This document shows, one piece after another, positions 39,737 through 53,670 of a stretch of DNA of 64,000 nt (its first letter is position 1; each line of letters starts with the position of its first letter). The notes below the pieces were generated by a model. The model was given only the letters and a program-made list of their open reading frames with translations, did no database searches and had not been told where the DNA came from. A program made the position numbers and the translations under genes. The stretch comes from Octopus sinensis (lineage: Eukaryota), in the NCBI RefSeq assembly GCF_006345805.1, contig NC_043001.1:41292001-41356000 (forward strand), written 5' to 3'.

Positions 39737-41789
39737 CAAGTTTCAGTTTCTACCTACCAAATGTTATTCACAATGGTACTGGCCAACCTGTGATACCAGC
39801 TGATGGCGTCCATGCAGTAAGAGCAAGCCACAAACTATATGATCCTGAAGCAAACTTATTCATCAGAATATACACACACACAACCTATGCTAGCAGGGAA
39901 CAACAGATGTAACATGAGTGAACAAATGAACAGCAGATCTAAACAGGGAATCAATAATTATGTGTTTAATTTCAATGAGACCGCAGAAAAAAAAACAAAA
40001 AAAACCACCACCACAACAATACATAAAACTTTGGTTAGAAAATATTTTATGTATAATATGAAATATGAGAATGGTACCGATAAAAAATTTCATTAATGAA
40101 TAAATTCTATTTATTTTATAAAGACAGTTTATAATTTTTGGAAGATTCTAACATTAAAAGAATTTAAGCTTCAGTTCCCCAACTCACCAAAATATTTCCC
40201 AAGATAAGTAATACCACATATGATAAAACCAGATGAAATTTTAGTTAAGAATTTGAATCAAACTTTCTTTTTTTTTTCTTTTCCTGTTTCCTAAAGTACA
40301 AAACTATAACAACTTGGCAATATTGATATATCATGAGAAGAAAAAAAATCTTTAAAAGATTTAATACAAAACTAAAAAAAGAAGAAAAGCAACCAATAAC
40401 TGCCAAAGAAAAGCTTTTATCAAAAATATGCAGTAATAATTTCCTGGAAAAATGTACATTATTCTTATTGTAACCTTAAGTTTGGAAAATTATAGAGAAT
40501 TAGGTTGAGTTAATTAAAATTTTAATTAAGTTTGTCTGAATAGATTTAAATAATATTCCATGGGGATTTACAATTGTTAAGTGTCTGTTCACTTGTGATT
40601 GAAGGTTTTTACAGCTGTTACAAAAGCCATATTATATCTGAAGAGTGAGTTCTGAGCATCATTAAGACGTTTCACTGGAATTGAATTACATTTAGCCAGA
40701 CAAAAACTTAGAAAACTATTAGAAAATTCACCCCTATGTATAATAGAGAGAGATGATTTATGATTTAATTACAATTTAATAATAATGATATTCTAGTATA
40801 GTTGCCATTATTGCCACTATTATCACTGGCAGTACTTTACATCTGTTTTCCCATACTGGCAACAGTCAGATGGGTCATCAAGTCTGCACCAGTTTGAACA
40901 CATATACCAACAAAGAAAACTCAGCAATTTTTATGCTGTGTATGTCCTACAATATGGACCAAGTGTGTTTTATTGGTAGAGAGTCCATCCTAGTTTGCAA
41001 TGTGACTTGCAAAGATCACATCTTTGTGTGTTCCATGGACGTAGAGAATGAGGAGACCTCAGCCATTGAATACAGGTGGTAAGGTAGTGAACTGTTACGG
41101 CTTGACATAAACATTGTCTTTATCGGATAAAAGTCAAAAGAAAGGAGTTGCGAAGGTATTTTGGTAGGAGTTAGGCTGTTTCCATAGCACTAGTTTATAA
41201 ATTTCATATCTTATTCATATGTTCCATCAATTTAGAGGACACAGTAATCTATTGCAGTTTGGCCTCTCATACAATACTGAAATCAAAATAACACTTCATG
41301 CAAAATATTCCAGTTTGTTTCTAAAAATAATATACATTATTTTGTTTACATCTTCTATCTTTAAAAATCAACTACATTTAAATCCATTTATCAATAATTT
41401 TCACTTATTTTCTTTTAACTGTAAGCCAAGCATCAGAGGTAGATATGAGCTGTTCAGTGGAAAATAAAGTGGTAAGGGATGATATTGAGAAAACAGGATG
41501 GTGACAAAAAGTGGTTCCAAGGAGAGGAATAACTAGTAGCACAGATGGAAGTTATATATAATTACAGCACCTGAACGTGTTGTAGTAAGAAGAGTGATGG
41601 CGGGAAAGGTGTTAGGAAGATGAGTAGTAAGGGAAGGTTTGACAGGTATAGATTGAATGTGGTGGGGGGTATAAACATACATTTAGACCTAATTTTTGTT
41701 GATATGGAGAGATCTTCATGATCACATCATACCACCAGTCATATCTTTGAGGTCAGTCAACACTACTTCATCCCTTGTCTTCCAGAGTT

Positions 41790-42050
41790 TCCCTCTTCTA
41801 CAGGCTCCAACCATATTTAGCAATCAACACTTCATCATGCAGCCACTCTAAACCATCTGCATCATATGACCACACCAGTGCAGTCTTCTCTCTTGCATAC
41901 TACATTTGACACCTCTTATGCCCAATTTTTCTCTCACTATATTTGCACTTTGCCATACAAGCATAATGATATTGCACACCCAGAGGATCATGCTAGCTTA
42001 ATTTCTTTCCGGTCTTCACATGTACTCTGCACCTCTGTTTGTACACGAGT
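41790..42050 (-). mobile_element. RTE LINE fragment, degraded
   Basis: Similar to 23110-23290 and 10340-10500. Confidence 0.65.
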
Positions 42051-42467
42051 CATCATCATCATCATTTAACATCTGCTTTCCATGCTGGCATGAGTTGGAT
42101 GGTTTGACAGGAGCTGGCCAGGCAGAAGACTGCACCAGACTTCAGTATCTGCTTTGGCATGGATTCCACAGCTGGATGTCCTTCCTAACACTGACTATTC
42201 TGTAGAGTGGGTTAAGTGCTTTTTATGTGACACCAATACAGGTGAGGTCAATTTTGGCATAGATTTTACAGCTGGATACCCTTCCAAATGCCAAACATTT
42301 TACAGAGTGGACTGGATGCTTTTTACATGGCACCAACGCTGGTAGGATCACCAAGTAACTTGCAAGACAAAGATCCTTTGAGAGGAGAGGGAGCATTGGA
42401 TGAGGTGACCTTGTGCTAGACGATGAAAGGTTATAATGTAACACAGACAGAAACAGGTATCTTACTG

Positions 42468-42469
<2 letters not shown>

Positions 42470-42523
<54 letters not shown>

Positions 42524-42650
42524 AGAGAATGAGGACCAAAACAGATGTTTTGCTGTAGAGGAGATTCATGGTTACTCAGTCAGAGAGAGAGAGGGGGAGA
42601 GAGAGAGAGAGAGAGAGAGGGGGGGGAGAGAGAGAGAGAGAGAGAGAGAA
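42470..42650. repeat. (AG)n microsatellite tracts
   Basis: Direct reading. Confidence 0.95.
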
Positions 42651-44515
42651 TTTGAGAATGCAAGAGGGAACAGGAGAGAGAGAGATGGTGGTGAAGTGCC
42701 AGGGTATACTCACAAGGAACAGGAATCAGAATATAAATGGCATTGTAGAAGGGTTTTGTTACTAACATAGGTAACAGCACACTGTACTTTTTCCATCCTA
42801 TTATTATTCTAGCAACCACACTTTTAGAAGATAAACCTCCACTGTTAATTAGGTTACCTAGGTAATAGAAACTATCTATTCCCTTTAATAACTGGGCATT
42901 TGAGAGAGTCTATTCTCCACGTGTTCTAAGTGGTGAACTCCTACTTGCACTCTAAAATCAATTCTGTCAAATCTCACCTTATTGACAGTGATTTTTGGAA
43001 AAGTGCAAATGTAAACAATTACACACACACACCAGATATATGATAGAATTTGAGCAACTTCTTTTTTCTAAATTTATTTCACATTGCATTGGTTGAGATT
43101 ATAGTAGAAGCCACCTATGGTGTCACAGTGAATATAACCCAAAACCACATGGTTGCAAAGTGAGCCATGTCTACACACACACCTACAGTAAATGTACTAT
43201 ATTGGAGCATTGTAGAAATACTGCTATCAGTGTTTAAATGGCATAAATACAACTTTTTACAATTGATACCATTAAGCTTCTACAGTAATAAATTATATAC
43301 ATGACACACCTAATATTTCAGCATGAAAACATGCCATAGGCAGTTTTAAAGAGCAATAACACATAAATCCAATCATTATGAAGCTCAGATGTTCTCAAAT
43401 GATAATTTTGCCACTATTTGCTACCAAACAGTTGTGTCAATTCTCTCTGGTTAACTTTCATGAGGTGAAATTCCTAAACAAGGTGATTTGAGATGATTAT
43501 ACTTTAAATGACATCCTGTTCAGCACAGAGTGGCAATGCCACTCTAAAAATTGCTATGATGTGAGTTGGTGGCAGTGATTTTTATGTTTCTTTTTCTCTT
43601 CCTCATTTCGTATGTATGTATGTGGTGTGTGTGTGTGTGTATGCCCCCACCTAGCTAAGAGAAAATGTCTAGTAAATACATTAAGCATTACTTAATACTA
43701 TTGAAGTATTACATTAAATGTATTGCATTGGGTTTTACAGAAATATTGCTATGTATGTTTAAATGAAGTATGAAGAATGCTAGATGGTATAGTTTTTTCA
43801 AACAATATATACTTTTGTTCTGTATTAAACTACATACAATTTATAAATGATATTTTGGCAAAGATTTTATTATTCTATTAAATTTTGTAAAGGACATTTT
43901 CACATTGATATATCAGTTGTAAATAGTGTACAGTTGATCATAGAAGACCTGATATAAATTGCAAAACCCCCAGAAGTCTCCCAGTTTTCTTATTTTGCAT
44001 GCGCACACACATGTCCAACCCATGCCAGCATGGAAAACAGGTATTAAAAGATGGTGTGTGTGTGTGTGTAGGCATAGCTGTGTAATTAAGATGTTCTCTT
44101 CCTAATCATATACTTTTGAGTTCAGTCCCACTATGTGGAACCTTGGGTATGAGGGTATTTAGGGTATGAGGATATGTAACAATCATCGTTACTTGAAAGT
44201 TGTAGGAGATATGAAATGATTACAAACAAAACCAAGTTGTACATATGACTCAATCTGAGCTTATTTACAGTACTCATGTGAGTAATAATTCTTTCTACTA
44301 ATGGCAGAAGGCCAGCAATTTCGGGAGAGTGGATAAGTTGATTACATCATCAACCCCCAGTGGTCAACTGGTGCTTATTTTATTGACCCCAAAAGGATGA
44401 AAGGCAAAAACTGACCTCAGCGGAATTTGAATGAAATGGATGAAATGCTGCTAGGCATTTTACCCAGTATACTAATGATTCTGCAAGCTGTCTTCATTAT
44501 CCGAGTAATATTGAT

Positions 44516-44520
<5 letters not shown>

Positions 44521-44596
<76 letters not shown>
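44521..44596. repeat. (AT)n microsatellite
   Basis: Direct reading. Confidence 0.97.
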
Positions 44597-44598
<2 letters not shown>

Positions 44599-45085
44599 AA
44601 CTTTTTGCTTAATGAGATAAAAAAAACCAAGGCTGTGTAGATATTAGAACATTTATATATAGAAGGTCTGATATATAGTAGGTCTTACGGTATTTAAAAT
44701 TGGTCATTACCATTGGATCTTACTCATAATGTATTGGAATCTTACATTGTGTATAAACTCTATACTTGTAATGAACAATTTTAAATACTGTTGGTTTTTT
44801 TCTCATAAGGTATTGGAATCTTACATATGTACCATTCTGCCTAAATGGATCTACAAATTCAATATCCCTACATATCTCACATCTCTTTTCTTTCCTCCAC
44901 CTCACTCTCTATTTTGTATCCTATCTAAATTAATTATTACTTAACCATCCTCTCACACCGTCTCTGATGAAGGGATATAATTAATAAATATCCTGGAAAC
45001 AGCTGTAAGACCTTCTATATATAAATGTTCTAATATCTACACAGCCTTGGTTTTTTTTATCTCATTACGCAAAAAATTCATATAT
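44597..45085 (+). mobile_element. Penelope-like terminal remnant with inverted tail copy
   Basis: 44597-~44688 is the reverse complement of ~45005-45085. Contains the hammerhead motif and adjoins an (AT)n tract. Confidence 0.65.
44960..45011 (+). ncRNA. Minimal type-I hammerhead ribozyme motif
   Basis: GUCU-CUGAUGA-A-GGGAUAU(aauuaauaa)AUAUCCU-G-GAAAC-AGCU-GUA/AGAC. Stem I is GUCU/AGAC, stem II is 7 bp, stem III is the palindrome ACAGCUGU. Predicted cleavage after 45007. Confidence 0.65.
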
Positions 45086-45216
45086 ACACACGCTGACATA
45101 TGACCAACATTGAACCCCTTATTCGCAAAATCCCCAAACCTGGAACTTAACTATGGTCTGTTTATAGCACTTATTCAACATTACCTGACACCTTTGGGTC
45201 TCAATGATACCATTAC

Positions 45217-45255
<39 letters not shown>

Positions 45256-45368
45256 ATCTTTTTAAATAACAGCATTCATAGTTGAATACACACACACACA
45301 CACACTAATGTTTCATAAGGATATTGTTTTGATCCAAGTATAACAGATATTTTACTTGTTTACATTAA

Positions 45369-45588
45369 CCCTTTCATTACTGAATTTATTTTGAGATGCT
45401 CAGTGTTTCTTCCAATTATGTTAAATATAACAAAGAATTAGTAAAATAACATCGTTATCATTAAGCTAGAGTTAGGGACATAAATTGTGACTAAGGTTTG
45501 GTGGAAGGTTTTAATTCAGAACATTTGAAAACCAGACATTTGTACTAAAGAGCCAGAGCCGGTTTCAGCCGGGTTGGTAACGAAAGGG
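45369..45588 (+). mobile_element. piggyBac-type MITE
   Basis: TTAA|CCCTTTCATTAC...GTAACGAAAGGG|TTAA. Confidence 0.85.
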
Positions 45589-45914
45589 TTAACAGAATAC
45601 TGTTTATTTCAGGAAATAATTGGAAAAACAAATTTCATTTGTATTCTAAACCATTTTTGAACAATTTTTAAATGGTAGTAATGAAGTACTTTAGTATAGA
45701 AAACAAGTTTTTTTTTTGTAACTGTAACTAATGGATGGCAATTTAAAAATATAAAAAGCAAACACGAGGTGCTGGAGAGCAATGACAAGACACTGTCCTG
45801 ATTTCAGACTGTCATTACAGTTTTTGTCTGAATAACAAACTGCAATGAGCTGATATAAAATTGTAATGACAATCTCTGCTTTGATACCAAATTGAAATCT
45901 TTTATCTATTTTTG

Positions 45915-46233
45915 TTTCAGTTATTAGACTGCAGCCATGCTAGGGCGTCACCTTGAAGAATTTTTTAGTCAAATGAATCACCCCAGGTTTTATGTCTTTA
46001 AACCTGGTATTTATTCTATCAGTCTCTTTTGCCTGCTAAGTTATAGGAACATAAATGCACACACAAAGACACACACATATACGACAGGCTTCTTTCAGTT
46101 TCCATCAACCAAATCTACTCACAAGGCTCTGGTTGGCTTGAGGTTATTGTAGAAGACGCTTTCCCAAAGTGCCATACAGTGGGACTAAACCCAGAACCAT
46201 GTGCTTGGGCAGCAAGCATCTTACCACACAGCC
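45915..46233 (-). mobile_element. Family A SINE copy
   Basis: Homologous to 49281-49636. Confidence 0.78.
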
Positions 46234-49200
46234 TAAGTTTTCATACTGAAATCAAAATGCTAAGTATTAAATTTAGAAGACACTCCTTGGATTTATATGA
46301 AATTGTGAAGACAAACCTCATTTTGGTATCGAATTGTGATGAGAATTTTTGCTTTGATGTAATATTTAGTTTTAATCCTCACTTTCATATCAAAGTAAGG
46401 TGACATCTTTTGTTAGGCTATCAAGCTAAATGTCAGTCTTTTATCTAACAACAAACTGCAATGACAGTTCTAGCTTTGTGATGCTAGTCTTTGTTCTAAT
46501 ATATAACTGCAACAAAACTCTTTGAACTGATAATCTTACTCTGATATTCAACTGCAACATGCTTCACTCAGCCACTGAAGTGGTTTGCTATGGTTTTACT
46601 AGTGGGGTTAACAAATTTCAATGTCCATCTATAATACTAAATTACACCGGTTTCCTAATTTGAAAATTACATCACTATACAATTTTCACTTGTACAATCA
46701 TTACTTGTACAAGAACTATTTGTCTGCTTGAACATGTCTTAGTAGAGTTCTAAATTCTGGGATTGATATTTGACAGAAACAGACACAGATTCCAGAGTTC
46801 TTCAATTCAAATCCCGTCCAAATCAGTTTAGCCTCCTTTCCCCAATAAATTATAAACCAACAAGCTTACAACTGAGAAGATTAAGTGAACTGATTGGAAA
46901 ATTGATACAGTAGATGAGTGGTTTGCAGCTTATCACTTGCAACCAACTCCAGTAGTCACAGGAAGTAGACTGATAGTGAGACTGGCCAAGCACAACAAAG
47001 GTATGATAAATATAACTAAAGATTTCCTTGTCAGATATGTTGCAACAATCAGAAAAGGTCTCAAAAGATAAATCATCAAGAACTGTATTATCTTTTAATT
47101 GTGTTTTATGCTAACTTGAATTAAATGGTTCTTTTTACATGGATTTAGTGAGAAAAATGAATGTGTGCCAACCAGCCAACCATTGGACTATAAAATCTAC
47201 CTTTTTTGGCTAGGTAAATTACAGAAACAAGAATGCCTGAGGACAGAAGACCAGGTTTGAACTATTGGCATATAACCAGGACAGCAGCAAAATCTCTCCA
47301 TGACTACCAAAATTATTCAGTGAAAAGTTGTTTAAAATGCTATGAATAGAATTTAAAAACCTTTGACCTATAAAGTATTTTAAATTTTAGAGAAGTTGAT
47401 TATAATATCTATTTCAAAACAACAGTAATTGTGAGAGATGATTTTGATTCAAAATACAAAATCTTGATGAAATTAATATGTTACAAAAAGTCACAAAAAA
47501 TACAAAATGCACTCCAGCCTGAAGCTGATTTTCTAGGGAATATATATTTTTTGTTTCTAATGAAATGATTATGATAAACATGTGTGAGTTGTAAATTATG
47601 AATGAATGATATCAAAATGAAAAATGGTCGATAAATTATTTTGTTACACAGATCAATTTTGAATATACTGCACAGTATCAAGCCTCCATGTGACTGACCA
47701 ACAAACAAGAAATAGTAGAAATCTTCTTTGAATCTAATTTCACCATTTTAAATATATATTAGATATGTGCATGGAGCTCAACAGCAACAACTATTTAAAA
47801 ATAGCTTAAAAATCAGTATCCAATTTTTCTTTCCTTTTCCTGAAAGAATTTCATACAAATGAGTTATATATCTGAAACTTCTGATTTATTGGGGACACTC
47901 TCACATAGGTGTGAGGAATGAAGGCACAGAAGTTACAATGTTTTGTTTATGATTATAAAGTCACTGGTTCAATTTCTGGACAGGGCTGTTTCATGTTACT
48001 CCAGTCTATCCTGTTGTAATGACAACCACCAGCCAGGCATTGGGTACAACCCTCTCTCCCGCAAAATGTCACATCATTGATGCTCCACTGAGTCAAGAGG
48101 TGGAGAGAGACTAAGAGGTTGTCTAAGTCTGCTTGCAACTATATAGACACCTAAAACAATTAGTAAAAGATTGTCACATGCTATTAAGCCACATTCGTAC
48201 TTTATTTATTGAAGCTAAAAACATCATTAAGCTGCTGGAAACAATTGTTAGAAAATCATGAATAACTTCTTCATCTATTTATAAAGCAGTTAATAGCAAC
48301 AACAAGGATATAGAAACAAATTTTTTTTAAATGTATTTTCTTATTCACAAACACCTAACAATCAGCAAAAAGCAGCCAAATAGTTCCAAATTTCTCATAT
48401 TTTATGTTGTTTAGAAATAATTTAGAAAAGATATTTCATTGCAGTTAAATTTCAGAATTCTGTTTATTTCTATTTCTAGTTCTTTCCTTATCCAATTACT
48501 GTCATTTGAACTGAATATATATAAAAGTAGGAAATGTGAAAAAGATATTTACTGATAGCCATCTTTTACCTGCTACATCAGAATTTGTTCATGCAGACAT
48601 TTCCAAATATAGATTTGATGTTTAAATTTTAACAAGCATACCCACACTAACACTCAAAAGACATTTCCAGTAGTAAATCAAACTCTTAAAAATTTGTAAG
48701 CATAAAAATCAGGTATTACTTAAACTATGCACTGGCCAACCTATGCAAGGAAAAATGATAATGGCCTCATTATCATCATCACTGAAAGAGACCCATCATC
48801 ATCAATTGAAAATGTGATTAGCAAAATGGACATCTTACATTCTAGGAAATTTTTTAATGAATTTTTAAAACTGATTTGTTCTCCTTATAGTCACTATTGA
48901 TAGCTACTCAATAATAAGATTAATAATAATAATCATCATCATTTAACATCCGCTTTCCATGCTGGCATGGGTTGGACGATTTGAATAAGGACTGGCAAAC
49001 CAGATGGCTGCACCAGGCTCCAATCTGATCTGACAGAGTTTCTACAGCTGGATGCCCTTCCTAATGCCAACCACTCCGAGAGTGTAGTGGGTGCTTTTAT
49101 GTGCCACTAAGAACCATGTGGTTGGGAGGCAATGGCTTACCACACAGCCATGCTTGCACTTGTTACTAAAATATATAAATACACACACACCAGATGATTA

Positions 49201-49280
49201 AGCAAAAAGATATACTAACGCAATGTTGAAACCTCAGAAATATTCCTCAAATAGCTTTATTCCTCTTACTCTTTTCTCTT

Positions 49281-49636
49281 TTACTTGTTTCAGTCATTTG
49301 ACTGCGGCCATGCTGGAGCACAACCTTTAATCGAGTAACTCGACCCCGGGACTTATTCTATCGGTCTCTTTGCAGAACCGCTAAGTAACGGGGACATAAA
49401 CACACCAGCATCAGTTGTCAAGCAATGCTAGGGGGACAAACACAGACGCATATATATATATATACATATATACGACGGGCTTCTTTCAGTTTCCGTCTAC
49501 CAAATCCACTCACAAGGCTTTGGTTGGCCCAAGACTATAGTAGAAGACACTTGCCCAAGGTGCCACGCAGTGGGACTGAACCCGGAACCATGTGATTGGT
49601 AAACAAGCTACTTACCACACAGCCACTCCTGCGCCT
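49281..49636 (-). mobile_element. tRNA-derived SINE, near full-length (family A)
   Basis: A-box TGGCTGTGTGG and B-box GGTTCAGTCCC at the 5' end, internal (TA)n, 3' end ...GCAGTCAAATGACTGAAACAAGTAA; multiple homologous copies in the window. Confidence 0.85.
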
Positions 49637-51811
49637 ATACAATCCTATTTACAATTTATGAATCTAATTAAGATACAACCAAGATTTGACATAAATAAAA
49701 CATTCAGTAAAAATGTTGAAGAATGGTTTTCTGAAGCTTAATGTATATTCTAATAATATATATTAATGATAAAAAGGTAAGAAATTTTACGTTCATGACC
49801 AATGTCCAAACTATGTCACAATAAAATCCTTCTAATTAAGCCATAGTTGAACAAATTATTAGTTGAAAATATTTCAGAGAAGTTTACTTCTTTGTAATTC
49901 CTGCAGAATTTTCTTTTTTCTTTTCTTTTAATGTGAACAGAAACTTTCCAATATATTCTAATTAATGACTAATATCAGACTGACTGCTCTGGCTTGTGTA
50001 ATTATTGTTTAATGTTTTAGCTAATTTATATTTAAAAAAAAATAATTAAATTTTTTTTTTACTTTCATAAAAGCAGGTATAAAAGATAGTGCAGGGACTT
50101 TTTTTTCTGCTAGAAACTTATTTCAGAGAAACTTTTTATTGTCATTGATTAAGAATTCATTCACATAAACAAGCCAATCATTTCAAAACAAACAATAGCA
50201 ACGCTCAAGCAGTTTTCAGAAAGAAGGAAAGTAAAAAACAAACTGAAATGACGACAACGACGATGACAACAACATCATCATCTTGTGATGTAAGAGTAAT
50301 TGGAAGACAAGAGATATTTATAAAACAATGACTGTATTAAAACTGACACAATTAAAAGAAACAACATTAGAGATCCAAAGATAGAGAAAGACTGTTTTAA
50401 TTCATGAACAGAGAAAAGAACTGGTGTCTGCTATATAACTATTTCTGACAAGATTTGTGAAAATGAAGTAAATTACTTCAAAGATATCAAATCAGTAACA
50501 AGACAACTAGGTGAGAAAAAAACTAAAAAAATAAAAAGTAAAACATACCAGGCTGTATTTTTTTTCAATATCTCCATTAAGAAATGTTTTTCAAACTAAC
50601 AACAGTATTATTATTCTTAATGATAATTCATGTTATAAACAATTGTAATAATAACACAGACCGTTAAGATTTCTTGATATCTTAGCTATATTTCAAAACT
50701 GATTTAAAGTTTTAAAATTCTCTTGATTGAAACTGACCATTATCTAGAAAACCAATTCATACAATATTCAACCTTCTAAATCTTCTGACACCAAGTGTTT
50801 ATTCAAATCAAAAATCCACCAGATCTAGAACATTCCAAAAAGATCTGTCTTCTCCTTTAACTGATTACATAATCAGTATACACTATATGAAGTAGCTGAC
50901 AACATGTGTCTTCCACTAAACTTTAAACACATAATCATCCCATCTTTTTCTCAGTTATAGTGCATATTGGATTACATTATCCAATGTGGCCTTCTCTTTC
51001 TGTTGACAGAGTGTGATTTTTTTGAGGAAAATTAGATCACCATTTTTTGCAGGTTGAGCAGCTACATTGCAGTGTTCTCATATCAGCATCATCTAGCATC
51101 CATGTTCCATATTAGCATGGTTTGGACAATTTGACAAGATCTGATCAGTCCAAACACTGCATTGAGGTCCAATGTCTGCCTTGGCATGGTTTCTATGGTT
51201 GGATGCCTTTTCTAATGCCAACTACTTTACAGCATGTACTGAGTGCTTCTTTTGTGGCAGCAGAAATAGTGAGGTTGCTGCACAGGCTGCAAGACTAAGA
51301 ACCCTTTTGACTTAGTAGGGCAACAGTAAAGAGGGAGATGGTATGGCATAAGAGGTTAAAGTGAGAGAGAAGGAGCCAGAACAGAACAGATTTCTTGCAG
51401 TAGGGAAGCTATAAAGTTACTCACATAACAAGGAAGAGGGTGGAAGTAGCCAGAGGTAAAAATTGTGGTGAGTTAGGACCAAGACTGACACCTCATGACA
51501 CAAGTTGAGTAGATGTGAGTAAGGACAGGAGAATAGTATGTGTGGGTGGGTAAACGTTGCAGGAGTGTAAGGGAGATTTAGAAATGGTTGGAGTTAGGGA
51601 ATAGGTGACAGAGTGAATATTATAAGTGTTGAGGGTCAATAAGAAGGGAAGGTAAGAAAGAAGGAAAAGTAGTTGACAACTGTAGAAATTGGGTAGGATT
51701 GAGTGGTGACCAATGATATTAGAGTAGGGGGAGGTAGGAGAGGAGATGACTAATGGTGTAGAAAAGGGGTGGGGTTGTGAGAAGCAGCAGAATAGTAGTA
51801 GTAATGATAAT

Positions 51812-52131
51812 AATAAGAGTATTCAGAGAACACAAACCTCCACCAATGATTAGCCAGAGATGATTTTTAAAATGTGAATACCTGAAATTAACTCGACTGC
51901 TCTCTCAAATGAGAATACTAAAATTAAGTAAAAAAAAAACTGGAAAAATAATCCAGAACCCTTGTTCAGTACTTGATCAATCCCAAAATCTAATCAGTTT
52001 GTGCCAGTCATGAAGCCAAACATACCTGAAAGTTTCATCTGAATCCATCCAGCAGTTCTTGAGATGTCCATGGACAAACAAACAAACAAACACAATTGAA
52101 AACAATGCCTCTGCCTTAGCAAAGGCAGAGG
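51812..52131 (+). mobile_element. Helentron-associated (HINE/DINE-1-like) element
   Basis: 5' aaacctccacc subterminal motif, internal (ACAA)n, and a perfect 3' hairpin CCTCTGCCTT-AGCA-AAGGCAGAGG (52108-52131). Confidence 0.6.
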
Positions 52132-52203
52132 CGGCGGCAGTGGCGACGGCGGCGGCGGCGGCGACGACGACGACGACAACAACAACAACAACAACAACAA
52201 CGA
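52130..52203. repeat. Compound trinucleotide repeat (GGC)n(GAC)n(AAC)n
   Basis: Direct reading. Confidence 0.93.
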
Positions 52204-52430
52204 CACAGAAGATAGGGGGAAGAAGAGAGATGATTGGCGAAAAGGAGGAAGGAAGGCAAAATAATTTAGTGGCTCAGAAGTCTAATCAATATAGAATATG
52301 AGTGGAGAGGTCAGTATTAAAAATGAAAGATTGATAACAGTGAAATGGTTCCAAGTAGTAAGAGGAGGTAGGGTGTTAAGTGGCTCAGGGAAAAGTTGAA
52401 GTAAACTTTTAGAGAAATAATGGGTGGTGG

Positions 52431-52552
52431 AAATGTCTTGAGGAGAAAATTTGGCTATGGCGAGAATGTCCTGAGGAGAAAATTTGGCTAAGGTGAGAAC
52501 GTCCTGAGGAGAAAATTTGGCTATGGTGAGTATGTCCTAAGGAGGAAATTTG
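52431..52552. repeat. 33-bp minisatellite, ~3.6 copies
   Basis: gaggagaaaatttggcta at 52440, 52473 and 52506, with a decayed copy at 52539. Confidence 0.9.
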
Positions 52553-52769
52553 GGGTTTGCTAAATCATAGCTGACTCAGGCTAAGCAACAACAAAATACT
52601 AAATGTACATGAACACAAATCCTAGCATCACTAGAAATGATTTGCTTGTTATATAGTCAACATACTTGACTTCAATATAGTATTTAATCAAAGCCAGAAG
52701 GATGAGAGTCAAGCCCAATAGGATTTAAAATTAAAGCAAAACACTGTGCATGTTTAATTATATTTGTAC

Positions 52770-52958
52770 TGTGCCGGTGGCACGTAAAAAGCACCCAGTA
52801 CACTCACGGAGTGGTTGGCATTAGGAAGGGCATCCAGCTGTAGAAACACTGCCAGATCAGACTGGGCCTGGCGCAGCCTTCTGGCTTCCCAAACCCCAGT
52901 TAAACTGTCCAACCCATGCTAGCATGGAAAACAGACGTTAAACGATGATGATGATGAT
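52770..52958 (+). mobile_element. Family B repeat copy
   Basis: Same core and (GAT)n tail. Confidence 0.78.
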
Positions 52959-53670
52959 GTAAATATTACTGAGTTATGAGTGACATTTTTCCTGTCAACA
53001 ACATCCTCTGGCTTTGTACCATCCAAAACATGTGGTGTAAGAGATCCCTTATTTGAAAGAGCAAGAAGAGCATCGAGTTGTAAAACAATACCTCAATAAA
53101 ATATTCATCTAATCCATACTAGCACGGAAAAACACACACAAAAAAAAAGCATGCAGAACATTTTCAGTAAAAGTTTCATACATTATAATAATGGTGTTAC
53201 GTAGGAAATTGAATCCCATAATTTATCCAGTTTGATAATATTGTTGATTATGGTGGGTTCTTGGAGAAAGGATATAGTCAGAAGTGCACTATACTGAAGT
53301 GAGTGAAGTGAAAGATTAAATAAACTTTAGTGAGATTTAATTTTAAATCTATGTTGAATAGAATGATTGAAGAATAATGTTAATGATAACTAACAGGAAT
53401 TTAACTACAGAATCAAGACTGTTAGTAACTTGAAGGTTCCTGGAATATTCAAAATTCTCAATTTCAGGTTAATGTACTCAATGAGTGTAAATTAAAGTAA
53501 TAGGTTTCAATGAATTGCTATCAGGTCAAGAATTACCACCTAATAATCTATTTGGAAGAAAAACAATATTAAATTCCAAACACCAGTGACTTTATGACTT
53601 CTATTCCAATCTATGAACTGAATGTTCTGAAGAGAAGTACATTTGAAGTCAATAAAACTATATTACTTAC

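Noticed and set aside
47953-48138. Cys-containing ORF as an extra ectodomain exon
   Set aside because: All three frames after the best upstream acceptor hit stops, there is no domain pattern, and the 3' part resembles a SINE-like fragment.
49560-49636. SINE heads as tRNA genes
   Set aside because: A/B boxes are present, but there is no cloverleaf and the sequence continues into the SINE body.
52431-52552. 33-bp repeat as an 11-aa coding repeat (ENVLRRKFGYG)
   Set aside because: Short, interrupted by a stop in the last copy, and not linked to splice sites.
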